The notes beneath the pieces were generated by a model that had not been told where the DNA came from, made no database searches, and was given only the letters and a program-made list of their open reading frames with translations. Source: Methanobacteriota archaeon (lineage in GTDB: Archaea > Thermoplasmatota > Poseidoniia > Poseidoniales > Thalassarchaeaceae). From it: DNA of 64,000 nucleotides. The translations under genes were made by a program, and so were the position numbers. Below, piece by piece: positions 46,050 through 54,784 of this stretch (positions are counted from its first letter, which is position 1; each line of letters opens with the position of its first letter). The stretch is from positions 29,596 through 93,595 of the forward strand of contig JABIKU010000011.1 in assembly GCA_018654845.1 (NCBI GenBank), read 5' to 3'.

Positions 46050-46276
46050 CCGATTATAACGAAGAATTGGATTGCAGTGGACTGAATTGCCCACTACCTA
46101 TCCTCAAAACAAAAAAAGCGGTTGACAAATTAGAAAGTGGACAGATTCTCAAAATGGTATCCACAGATCCTGGATCATGTAATGATGTAGAAGCTTGGTC
46201 AAACCGAACAAAAAACCAATTATTAGAATCAGGAAAAGAAGGAGACAAGTATGTCTTCTATATTGAAAAGAAATGA
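46046..46276 (+). CDS. tusA: Sulfur carrier TusA
   Basis: LDCSGLNCPLPILKTKKA, STDPGS..DV. Confidence 0.93.
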   Translation: MTDYNEELDCSGLNCPLPILKTKKAVDKLESGQILKMVSTDPGSCNDVEAWSNRTKNQLLESGKEGDKYVFYIEKK

Positions 46277-46285
46277 GTTGAGAAA

Positions 46286-46801
46286 ATGAGTGAAAATGTA
46301 CCAAAGAAAATGGCGTTAATCGCCTCAAAAGGAACGCTAGATTGGGCCTACCCACCCTTTATCTTAGCATCGACCGCAGCCGCAATGGATATGGAAGTGA
46401 AAATTTTCTTCACTTTTTTTGGACTACCTCTGCTGAAGAAGAATCTGAAGACCGCTGTGTCTCCTCTTGGCAATCCCGCAATGCCGATGAAAATGCCATT
46501 TGGACCTAAGTTCTTCCAAAACATCAGTTGGCCTATACCTAATCTTGTAACAAGTAACGTTCCAGGCTTTGAATCAGTTGCTACTGGATTAATGAAGCAG
46601 ACCTTCAAGAAGAAGGGTGTTGCAACTATTGAAGAATTACGAGACATGTGCGTTGAGTTTGATGTCGAACTCATCGGCTGTCAGATGACCATGGATGTCT
46701 TCGGATTTGAAAAAGAAGATTTTATCGATGGAGTGAATATCGGTGGTGCGGCAACTTTCCTAGAATTTGCAGCTGATGCTGACATTACACTCTTTGTTTG
46801 A
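46286..46801 (+). CDS. dsrE2: DsrE2-type sulfurtransferase
   Basis: IASKGTLDWAYPPFILASTAAAM, FFTFFGL, IGCQMTMDVFG. Confidence 0.88.
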   Translation: MSENVPKKMALIASKGTLDWAYPPFILASTAAAMDMEVKIFFTFFGLPLLKKNLKTAVSPLGNPAMPMKMPFGPKFFQNISWPIPNLVTSNVPGFESVATGLMKQTFKKKGVATIEELRDMCVEFDVELIGCQMTMDVFGFEKEDFIDGVNIGGAATFLEFAADADITLFV

Positions 46802-46847
46802 ATTGTGATAATAATGGAACAAATATCAACTAAAGGAGAGAAGAAAA

Positions 46848-47231
46848 ATGAATGATGATGATGATGATGGAAGTGTTGCAATTTATATGACGTCAGGACC
46901 CGCTACACCTCAGCGATGTGCTACACCATTCTATATGGCAAGCATTGCTGCAGCAATGGATAATGAAGTAAGTATCGTTTTCCAAATCGATGGAGTTATG
47001 CTGATGAAAAAAGGGGTAGCAGACGAATTATACGCCACAGAAGGTGGCAAACTTGTTATCGATTTCATTCGAGATGCAAAAGAGGCTGATGTAGAGATGT
47101 ATGTCTGTTCGGCAGCATTACAACTCCACAATTTAACTGAAGACGATTTAATCGAAGAATGTGATGGAGTTGTAGGAGCAGCTTGGATGACTGATGTAGG
47201 CTTAGATGCTAATATGGTCCTAATGTATTGA
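46848..47231 (+). CDS. DsrE3-type sulfurtransferase
   Basis: TSGPATPQRCATPFYMASIAAAMD, FQIDG, VCSAAL, GVVGAA. Confidence 0.78.
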   Translation: MNDDDDDGSVAIYMTSGPATPQRCATPFYMASIAAAMDNEVSIVFQIDGVMLMKKGVADELYATEGGKLVIDFIRDAKEADVEMYVCSAALQLHNLTEDDLIEECDGVVGAAWMTDVGLDANMVLMY

Positions 47232-47241
47232 GGTGGAAAAA

Positions 47242-47700
47242 ATGGAAGTTAATAATTGTAGTTTACCAGATGATTTACTCTACCATGTAGATTACAATGT
47301 TTGGTTAAGACTCAAGGAAGATGGAATTGTAGAGATGGGTATGACAGATATCGCTCAAACAATGGCTGGTTCAATTATTCATTGTAGACCAAAGAAAGCG
47401 GGGAAGAAAATTAAGGCAGGAAAAAGTGTCGCTACCGTCGAATCAGGTAAATGGGTTGGCCCAGTAAAATCACCATTAACAGGAATCATCCTCGAAAGAA
47501 ATGATGTGGCTGAAGGAGATGCTACAATAATTAATCGCTCACCTTACAATGAGGGTTGGATTGTTAGAATACAACCGAATAATTTCGAGGGCGAATGTGG
47601 TTCACTCGTTGAAGGTGATGCTGCCACAGCAGGTTATGCTGAATACATGTCGGAGAAAGATTTGGCTGAATGTATTCATTGTGAAGGGTTTGAAGCTTGA
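47242..47700 (+). CDS. lbpA: Lipoate-binding protein LbpA (GcvH-like)
   Basis: CSLPDDLLY, GMTDIAQ, lipoyl site TVESGKWVGP (Lys at 47449-47451), PYNEGWI; extra Cys; sits in the sHdr cluster with no gcvP/T nearby. Confidence 0.82.
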   Translation: MEVNNCSLPDDLLYHVDYNVWLRLKEDGIVEMGMTDIAQTMAGSIIHCRPKKAGKKIKAGKSVATVESGKWVGPVKSPLTGIILERNDVAEGDATIINRSPYNEGWIVRIQPNNFEGECGSLVEGDAATAGYAEYMSEKDLAECIHCEGFEA

Positions 47701-47715
47701 GACCACAAAGGGCGA

Positions 47716-48003
47716 ATGATGAGGATGATGATTTTGCAAGTATTCACACATCCTGCTTGCTCGAGTTGCGGACCGGTCGTCGAATCAGCATGGGAAATAA
47801 CTGAAAATAATGAACATATAAAAATTCAAACTGTGAGACTAGAGGATAAACAAGGCCTCGCCACAGCACAGTCATTAGGAATAAGGACAATTCCGTCGAT
47901 TATTGTCAAGATTGATGATGATGAAGTACATCGACTTGTTGGTACACCTAAACCAGGTGAATTAGAAAGCGTTGTAATGACTGTTACAGAAAATATGAGG
48001 TGA
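47716..48003 (+). CDS. Thioredoxin-fold protein (CSSC)
   Basis: FTHPACSSCGP, GIRTIPSIIV, LVG.P. Confidence 0.8.
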   Translation: MMRMMILQVFTHPACSSCGPVVESAWEITENNEHIKIQTVRLEDKQGLATAQSLGIRTIPSIIVKIDDDEVHRLVGTPKPGELESVVMTVTENMR

Positions 48004-48008
48004 AATAA

Positions 48009-48731
48009 TTGCAGTCAATTTACAAGGATGCAAAATATACTGAAGTCCCATATGAAGAAAAATTAAGCTTATTTAATGAAGTAAAGGGCGACATGAGATA
48101 CTCGACTGAATTGTATGGATGCTATGAATGTGGGATCTGCGTTGCCGCTTGTCCATCTGCACGATTCTATGATTTCAGTCCGAGAGTTTTTGCCCAAACA
48201 ATGGCTAGAGAAGATGTTAATTCATTTTATGAATTACTGAATGATAATGTCTGGGATTGTTCACAATGTTTCTCCTGTACTTGTTGCCCAAGACAGAATA
48301 ACCCTGGTGGAATCATTACGATAATGAGGGAAGTCGCTGTAAACAATGGTTTGCAATCTGCAAAAGATGCTCTACGGGCGTACTCGAGAATAATCTACAA
48401 AGTTATGACTACGGGGACACAAGTCTCCCCTGATATGCTTCAACCAGATTTCTTTCCCGATTGGGGACCAGATGTTCGTGATGTTTCGCTCAACCTTGAT
48501 GTTTGGCGACGTGCAATTCCACCCGAAACATTACACACGGTAGAATTAGCTTGGGATGTTAGTGAAAAAACTCAGCTTGAACTTTACATGATTTGGAAAT
48601 TGACTGGCAATCTTGAAATGATTGAAAATGTTGATGAAGGCCTGTACATGATTCTTGAAGAAGTCATGGAAGAATTACTAGACGAACATGGCTATGATAT
48701 TGATGACTTTGAAAATATATTAGAAGATTAA
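48009..48731 (+). CDS. shdrC1: sHdrC1, 2x[4Fe-4S] subunit of the sulfur-oxidizing Hdr-like complex
   Basis: CYECGICVAACP and CSQCFSCTCCP; PDWGP; TTG start. Confidence 0.82.
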   Translation: MQSIYKDAKYTEVPYEEKLSLFNEVKGDMRYSTELYGCYECGICVAACPSARFYDFSPRVFAQTMAREDVNSFYELLNDNVWDCSQCFSCTCCPRQNNPGGIITIMREVAVNNGLQSAKDALRAYSRIIYKVMTTGTQVSPDMLQPDFFPDWGPDVRDVSLNLDVWRRAIPPETLHTVELAWDVSEKTQLELYMIWKLTGNLEMIENVDEGLYMILEEVMEELLDEHGYDIDDFENILED

Positions 48732-48747
48732 TTATGGAGATAAAAAT

Positions 48748-49962
48748 ATGCAGAGCAAAAATCCAATTCAACTAAATGTTGTCAATCAAAATTTGAAAGT
48801 CAAGAAGGCAGTAGATAGAGAATTTCAGTTACCAAAAAATCCTCCTACCAAAGATTACCGGAAAGAATTATTCGCGCTAGAAGCTGCGGGTGAAATCGAA
48901 ATCATCAGGGTTCCCGAGCCATTTGTTGAAGTCGATACAAAATATGGTAGAAAAAAGAAAATTCCAATTGAACACACTTGGCATCACAAATCATGTGGTC
49001 AATGTGGCCATATCCCAGGATACTCTACATCGATATATTGGCTCAATCGAGAATTTGGATTAGATTATTACGACCCACGAGATCAAACATCATGCACAGC
49101 ATGGAATTATTATGCATCTGCTGCATCAAATCCAGCAGCTCAGGCTGCAATTGCGTGTAGAAATTTCGCACAAGCTAAAATTGATGGCTATTTTCCTCTC
49201 ATCCATTGTGGGACAAGTTATGGGCACTACAAAGAGGTCAGGGCTCAATTATTACACTTCCCAGAATTACGCGAACAGGTTCGAAAAATTCTCGATAGGC
49301 TAGGGCTTCCGTTTGTTTTTCCTGAGGAAATAGTCCATTACTCTGAATGGGTACACGTAATGCGTCATCGAATTGCAGAAAAACAAACCCGAGACTTCTC
49401 CAAAGTTACCGCTACCGTTCACCCCGCTTGCCATTACCATAAATTAATTTCAGAAGATGCAATTTATGACCGAGACCTATACGATGGTCAACGAACAGCG
49501 ATAGTTACAGGAGTAGTCGAAGCATTGGGAGCGAAGGTCGCAGATTATTCAACATTCCACGATTGTTGTGGATTCGGATTTAGGCACATCCTTGTCAGTC
49601 GTGATTTCTCACGATCATTCGCAACAATTCGTAAAATTGAAAGAATGAAAATAGAAGCTGATCCAGATGTGACGATAACGCATGACACTGGTTGTGTCAC
49701 CACGCTCGACAAAAGTCAATTTTCAACTCAAGCCCATAATCGAAAGGTAGGCATTCCTGTAATTTCGGATGCTCAGTTCGCAGCTCTTGCGATGGGTGCT
49801 CATCCATACCTAGTTTGCCAATTACATTGGCATGGAGTGGACAATGTACCATTGCTCGAACTAATGGGCATTGACCATGAAAAAGCATGGAAAGAATTTG
49901 AAGAGGTCGCAGATAAATTACAACAAGACCCGGAAGCATTCCTTACTTGGGAGGATGTTTGA
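48748..49962 (+). CDS. shdrB1: sHdrB1, CCG-domain subunit
   Basis: WHHKSCGQCGHIPGY, QTSCTAWNYY, HCGTSYG, HPACHYHK, DCCGFGFRHI, HDTGCVTTLD. Confidence 0.88.
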   Translation: MQSKNPIQLNVVNQNLKVKKAVDREFQLPKNPPTKDYRKELFALEAAGEIEIIRVPEPFVEVDTKYGRKKKIPIEHTWHHKSCGQCGHIPGYSTSIYWLNREFGLDYYDPRDQTSCTAWNYYASAASNPAAQAAIACRNFAQAKIDGYFPLIHCGTSYGHYKEVRAQLLHFPELREQVRKILDRLGLPFVFPEEIVHYSEWVHVMRHRIAEKQTRDFSKVTATVHPACHYHKLISEDAIYDRDLYDGQRTAIVTGVVEALGAKVADYSTFHDCCGFGFRHILVSRDFSRSFATIRKIERMKIEADPDVTITHDTGCVTTLDKSQFSTQAHNRKVGIPVISDAQFAALAMGAHPYLVCQLHWHGVDNVPLLELMGIDHEKAWKEFEEVADKLQQDPEAFLTWEDV

Positions 49963-51024
49963 ATGAATGGAAAAAATATAATGGTAATTGGCGGAGGTCC
50001 CGCAGGTTTAGAATCAGCAGCAGGTATTTTGGATTTAGGTTATAACCTAATTTTAGTCGAAAAACGTGAATCACTAGGAGGAACTCCAATTTCAGCATCA
50101 TATGCTGCATTGACTCCAGATATGGAAGACACCGAAGTAGCAATGGCTAGAATGGTTAATTCAGTCGTTGGTAAAGAAAATGCCGACATCAGGCTTGGAA
50201 CATCGGTAGTAAGCGTTGAAGGCTCTGCCCCAGACTTCTTGGTAACTCTAGAATCGCCATCTGGTGTCGAAATCGTTAATGTAGGCTCAGTAATTGTAGC
50301 AACCGGATTCAAACACTTTGACCCTGGTCGAGAAACACAAAAATATGGATATTATGAATATGATGATGTCATAACTTTGGTTGATGCTGAAAAAATGCTG
50401 AAATCTGGAGAATTTGTTCGACCATCAACTGGAGAAAAACCAAAGAGAATTTGTTTCATCCAATGTGTTGGTAGTCGAGATAGGCAAATCGGCAATCAAT
50501 GGTGCTCAAAGGTTTGTTGCGGAATTGCAACAAAAGAAGCGATTGAAATCAAACATTTGGTTCCAGATTGCACTGTGATTGTTTTCTATATCGATATGCG
50601 TATGTATGGATTTTGGGAAGACGAATTATACTGGAAAGCCCAAGAAGAATACAAAGTTAATTACATCCGAGGAATTGTTAGTGAAGTTACAAAAAGAGGC
50701 GACACAGTCGTTGTCAAAGGTGAAGATACTACGATGGGAAGACCAATGGAAGTAGAAATGGACATGGTTATCCTATCGGTTGGAATGGAGCCATCCGATG
50801 GAACAATAGCTATGGCAGAGGCTTTCAATTTACCATTAGAATGTCATGGTTGGATTGAGACTATTGGAGGTGCATTGAATACTGTTCAAACTCCTGTTAA
50901 CGGTGTTTTCGTAGCGGGTGCTGCTGCCGGTCCTGCGGATCTTGAAGATTCAATCTCAATGGGCGGAGCTGCTGCGATGAAAGCCTGTGCATTCGTAAGA
51001 CGAATATCATTACCAACCGTTTGA
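49963..51024 (+). CDS. shdrA: sHdrA, short flavoprotein subunit
   Basis: IGGGPAG, IQCVGSRDRQIG..WCSKVCC, FYIDMR; 353 aa, lacking the ferredoxin and MvhD-binding regions of methanogen HdrA. Confidence 0.9.
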   Translation: MNGKNIMVIGGGPAGLESAAGILDLGYNLILVEKRESLGGTPISASYAALTPDMEDTEVAMARMVNSVVGKENADIRLGTSVVSVEGSAPDFLVTLESPSGVEIVNVGSVIVATGFKHFDPGRETQKYGYYEYDDVITLVDAEKMLKSGEFVRPSTGEKPKRICFIQCVGSRDRQIGNQWCSKVCCGIATKEAIEIKHLVPDCTVIVFYIDMRMYGFWEDELYWKAQEEYKVNYIRGIVSEVTKRGDTVVVKGEDTTMGRPMEVEMDMVILSVGMEPSDGTIAMAEAFNLPLECHGWIETIGGALNTVQTPVNGVFVAGAAAGPADLEDSISMGGAAAMKACAFVRRISLPTV

Positions 51025-51037
51025 AGGAGTGATACCA

Positions 51038-51814
51038 ATGTTGTACGATTCATTAACGATTCAAGAAGTGGTTGATTCTGAATCTGCAGCTGAGTTTTTG
51101 AAAGAAGCTACTAAATTAGCAAGCTCAAAAGAATTGGAAGATATTGCTAAAAAATTGTCAACAAAACAACAGTATTTCAAAAAAACTCTTGGGCAAAATA
51201 ATCTAAACACAATCGATGAAAGAGAACTAGAACACCTACTTAGACGTGTGTTTTCTATCAGTCGAAAATCTCCAAAAATTATCCGCATGATCGGTTTTGA
51301 GAATCTGTGTAATTCGATTAATGAATTGTTGTACGGAGAGTATGGAGAATTAGAATCGGGAAAAAGAATTACTATCTTTACAAAATCAGTTTCAAATGTA
51401 TTAGATGAGCGTCGTGCTATTAATCTAGCGAGTGAATTGCTACATTATTCTGATCCAGAGAAGTATGCACTTTGGACGAATTGGATTTGGGATCCAATAA
51501 CCGGCTCCGGGGCTCTTCAAATGGTTCTCCAAGAAGAAATGTGGATTCAAGGAGATACGATATCAGATAGATATGATAGCATTTCTTCTGCATTAAAAAT
51601 AATTGAACACGCGGGTTATTCAAAATCAATTTCAGGAAACGCATCAGGAATGTTGGGGTGTAGCCTATACCTAGCTTGCGTACATGCGGTTTACATGTAC
51701 ACGGTTTTCCGTATGAAAATGTCAAATGAATTCAATCGGATTCTACCCGAACTTCCAGAAATGGTAGAACGTTTACTGGGAGTTCGAAAAATGGAGGTTG
51801 ACCAATATGTCTGA
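51038..51814 (+). CDS. shdrH: sHdrH-like conserved protein
   Basis: Position after shdrA; ASELLHY..PEKYALWTNWIWDP; YMYTVFRMKMSNEFNRILP; GGAGTGA RBS before ATG 51038. Confidence 0.7.
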   Translation: MLYDSLTIQEVVDSESAAEFLKEATKLASSKELEDIAKKLSTKQQYFKKTLGQNNLNTIDERELEHLLRRVFSISRKSPKIIRMIGFENLCNSINELLYGEYGELESGKRITIFTKSVSNVLDERRAINLASELLHYSDPEKYALWTNWIWDPITGSGALQMVLQEEMWIQGDTISDRYDSISSALKIIEHAGYSKSISGNASGMLGCSLYLACVHAVYMYTVFRMKMSNEFNRILPELPEMVERLLGVRKMEVDQYV

Positions 51815-53081
51815 GCACAAGTACCAGAATTACGTAGAAAAAGAAGTGGCAATTATCGATGGAATCGATGTATCTGGAGCTTGGAACAGGATGTGGGAGC
51901 CTCGAGAAACAACAAATTTTGATTTTCAATTTTTAGACAAGGTTGTCGAGTTACCTGGCGGTGTGTCCATGGGGGCATGCTATCAATGCGCACAATGCAT
52001 TGGTGTTTGTCCAGTAGATAATGTGGGCTCATACGGACCACGAAAACTATACCAAAAACTCCAAAATGGTCACGATTTATTTAATTCTCCTGATTTATGG
52101 CTCTGCACAACTTGTAGCAATTGTTTGAGAGTATGTCCAAAAGAAGTTGACATGATGCAAATTATGCCAGCGATTCGAGAGGTAGCAATCCTAGATGGTA
52201 ATGTCCCGGCTGAACTTCAAGAAATGCTGCAAAATGTAGCTGAATATGGAAACCCAATGGGTGAATCGGCTCGAAAGCGAACAAAATGGGCTAAGAAATT
52301 TGAAGAGCCTCTTCGCGATTTATCAAAAGAACCCGGAGAAGTGGATGTACTTTGGTATGTAAGCGATTATTTCAGTTATCATCCACGTGGGAATGATGCT
52401 GCAAAAGCGATGACGAGAGTATTCAACCAACTTGGTATGGATTTCGGGATACTTGGTCGAAAAGAGAGAAGTGATGGGGATTCACAACGACTTTGTGGAG
52501 AAGTTGGTCTGTTTGAAGAATTAGCAGAATATAACCACGCATTATTCGAATCTAACCCACATAACAAACTCGTTGTCAGCGATCCACACGCTTACAATGC
52601 TTTCAAAAATGAATATCCAAAATTGACAGGAGTCGAATACCCAGTCGAACATTATACTCAATATCTGGCTGGAAGAATTGATGAACTCAAATCCATGTTT
52701 ACAAATGAATTTACCAAAAAAGTCACTTTTCATGATCCTTGTTATCTCGGCCGTCATAATAACGAATACGAGGCACCGAGAACTCTTATCGAGGCAATTC
52801 CGGGGATCGATTTCGTCGAAATGTACCGCTGTAAGCAGCAGGGCTACTGTTGTGGAGGCGGTGGCGGTGGCATGTGGTTAGATGGTTTGATGGCCGACCA
52901 TACCTCTGAACGCCTATCTGAGAATAGAGTGAAAGAAGCAGTAGAAGTTGGAGCAGAAGTTCTGGTAGTTTGCTGTCCTTACGAAGTTTCACGGTTTGAA
53001 GATGCTGTGAAATCTACCGGTAATGAAGGAGTGTTAGAAGTTCTCGATATTATCGAAATTATCGACAAATGTATCGCATAA
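51807..53081 (+). CDS. HdrC/HdrB-like fusion (sHdrB3-like): 2x[4Fe-4S] + CCG domains
   Basis: CYQCAQCIGVCP, CTTCSNCLRVCP, HDPCYLGR, CCGGGGG, CCPYE; GGAGG RBS, ATG 51807. Confidence 0.8.
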   Translation: MSEHKYQNYVEKEVAIIDGIDVSGAWNRMWEPRETTNFDFQFLDKVVELPGGVSMGACYQCAQCIGVCPVDNVGSYGPRKLYQKLQNGHDLFNSPDLWLCTTCSNCLRVCPKEVDMMQIMPAIREVAILDGNVPAELQEMLQNVAEYGNPMGESARKRTKWAKKFEEPLRDLSKEPGEVDVLWYVSDYFSYHPRGNDAAKAMTRVFNQLGMDFGILGRKERSDGDSQRLCGEVGLFEELAEYNHALFESNPHNKLVVSDPHAYNAFKNEYPKLTGVEYPVEHYTQYLAGRIDELKSMFTNEFTKKVTFHDPCYLGRHNNEYEAPRTLIEAIPGIDFVEMYRCKQQGYCCGGGGGGMWLDGLMADHTSERLSENRVKEAVEVGAEVLVVCCPYEVSRFEDAVKSTGNEGVLEVLDIIEIIDKCIA

Positions 53082-53097
53082 AGGAGAAGGGAATAAC

Positions 53098-53835
53098 ATG
53101 AAAATAGCAGTATTACTCAAATGGGTACCAGATTTAGTAGAAGAACTTGAAGTCGATGATGATGGTATCGGAATAGACACCGATGACCTGAAATTCAAAC
53201 TGAATGAATTCGATGACCACGCTCTCGAAGAAGCCTTACAAATCGCAAATGATGGAGATGAAGTCGTCGCTATTGCAATTGATGGAGATGGAACGGAGAA
53301 GATGCTTTACACCGCGATTGCAAAAGGAGCGAGTTCAGGAATTCGACTTACAGGTGGCTCGAACTCAAACACTGCAAACTTAGCTGCTGGTTTCGCTACA
53401 GCATTAGATGGTGGAAATTACGACTTGATTCTTACAGGGGTCCAATCAGTCGATGATTTAGATGGGCAATTAGGCCCAATTCTTGCAGCAAATATGGGAC
53501 TTCCTTGTGTATCTGTAGTTAGTTCGTTGAATGTTTCCGGCGGTGTAGCTACAGTCACTAAAGAATATTCAGGTGGAATCGTCGCTGAATTTGAAGTAGA
53601 TCTCCCCGCTGTTCTCGGGATTCAGGCTGCTCGTGAAACTCCACGTTATGCTCCGGTCAGTAAAATACGTCAGGTGCAACAATCAACTGATTTGGCTGAG
53701 AAATCAGTCTCAGGATCATCAACCTCTGGAACAATTATCACAGCAATGTCAGAACCAGAGACTGGCGGTGGGGCGAAAATGCTGGATGATGTTGAAGATT
53801 TAATTGAAATTCTCAAAGGACTGGGGGTTTCTTGA
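53098..53835 (+). CDS. etfB: Electron transfer flavoprotein beta subunit
   Basis: KWVPD, NEFDDHALEEAL, GVQSVD, NETPRY-like RETPRY. Confidence 0.9.
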   Translation: MKIAVLLKWVPDLVEELEVDDDGIGIDTDDLKFKLNEFDDHALEEALQIANDGDEVVAIAIDGDGTEKMLYTAIAKGASSGIRLTGGSNSNTANLAAGFATALDGGNYDLILTGVQSVDDLDGQLGPILAANMGLPCVSVVSSLNVSGGVATVTKEYSGGIVAEFEVDLPAVLGIQAARETPRYAPVSKIRQVQQSTDLAEKSVSGSSTSGTIITAMSEPETGGGAKMLDDVEDLIEILKGLGVS

Positions 53836-54765
53836 ATGGCTGGAATTATGGTTATTTGTGAGCATCTCGCAGGAGAATTTAGCGATATCACATTCGAAAT
53901 GCTCGATGTTGCAAACAAAATTGGAGGCGACATTACTGCTGTTACTTTTGGGTCGATGAAGGAGAAATCCGGAGAATTAGGTATTGCTAACAACGTAATT
54001 GATGCCGGAGGAGATACTGAGTATAACCCGGAATCGTATGCATCTGGAGCGAAAGCGGCTGTTGAATCAAATTCACCTAGCATTATTCTTGTCGCTTCAA
54101 CATCGATGGGATATGACATAGGTAACCCTCTCGCTGTAAATTTAGGAATTCCATTGGCATCATATTGCACAGGAGTTTCTTCTGACGGCACGAATCATGA
54201 GTTTACTAGTTCACTATACGGCGGCAAAATGAGTGTTACTTCAACCGCCGCCGGACCAGCGATTGCTCTCATGCTCGCCGGAGCAGGTGATGCTGATGCT
54301 GGTAGAGTGAGTGGTTCTCCTTCTTTGAGTCAGGTAAGTGGAGAAAGTTTAGACAGAGTTCGATTTAAGCAACTAATAGAGCCTGATGCTGGGGATGTTG
54401 ATATTACTCAATCAGAGATAATTATTGCGATAGGACGAGGAATTGGTGGAAAAGATGACATCGAAATCGCCGAAGAACTCGCCGAAGTGATAGATGCAGA
54501 CATTGCATGCTCACGACCTTTAGTTGATGCTGGCTGGTTACCTAAATCTCGACAAGTTGGGAAATCTGGAATGAAAGTTAAACCGAAATTATACATTGCT
54601 CTAGGAATTTCTGGCGCTCCGGAACATATCGAAGGCATGAAAGATTCAACGACGATTATCGCAATCAATAGCGATGAAAATGCTCCAATTTTCGATGTGG
54701 CTCATTACGGAATGGCAGAAGATCTTTTCGACGTTGTTGAAGAATTAATTGATGAATTAGAGTGA
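53836..54765 (+). CDS. etfA: Electron transfer flavoprotein alpha subunit
   Basis: GRGIG, SRPLVDAGW, QVGKSG, YIALGISGAPEH, AINSDENAPIF. Confidence 0.93.
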   Translation: MAGIMVICEHLAGEFSDITFEMLDVANKIGGDITAVTFGSMKEKSGELGIANNVIDAGGDTEYNPESYASGAKAAVESNSPSIILVASTSMGYDIGNPLAVNLGIPLASYCTGVSSDGTNHEFTSSLYGGKMSVTSTAAGPAIALMLAGAGDADAGRVSGSPSLSQVSGESLDRVRFKQLIEPDAGDVDITQSEIIIAIGRGIGGKDDIEIAEELAEVIDADIACSRPLVDAGWLPKSRQVGKSGMKVKPKLYIALGISGAPEHIEGMKDSTTIIAINSDENAPIFDVAHYGMAEDLFDVVEELIDELE

Positions 54766-54784
54766 TGATTTTTTATCGTATCTA

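Noticed and set aside
46806-46828. TGATA-N13-TATCA as a second ArsR site before dsrE3
   Set aside because: Only 5-bp arms in AT-rich DNA, and different spacing from the 45650 dyad.
46854-46868. (GAT)5 microsatellite at the dsrE3 start as a phase-variation site
   Set aside because: In-frame trinucleotide encoding poly-Asp; slippage would not shift the frame.
47242-47700. Glycine cleavage H protein (gcvH)
   Set aside because: ESGKWVGP lipoyl motif, extra Cys and sHdr context fit LbpA; no gcvP or gcvT nearby.
45600-51800. Apparent lower GC in the shdr block, suggesting recent HGT
   Set aside because: Only hand spot counts (38/120 GC at 51061-51180 vs 31/60 at 39181-39240), hand-picked and not representative; needs sliding-window GC and codon analysis. 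No mobility genes flank the block.
48009-53081. Methanogen-type HdrABC / methanogenesis
   Set aside because: HdrA is the short form; there are no mvh, frh, mcr or flx genes; context (tusA, dsrE, lbpA, shdrH) fits sHdr.
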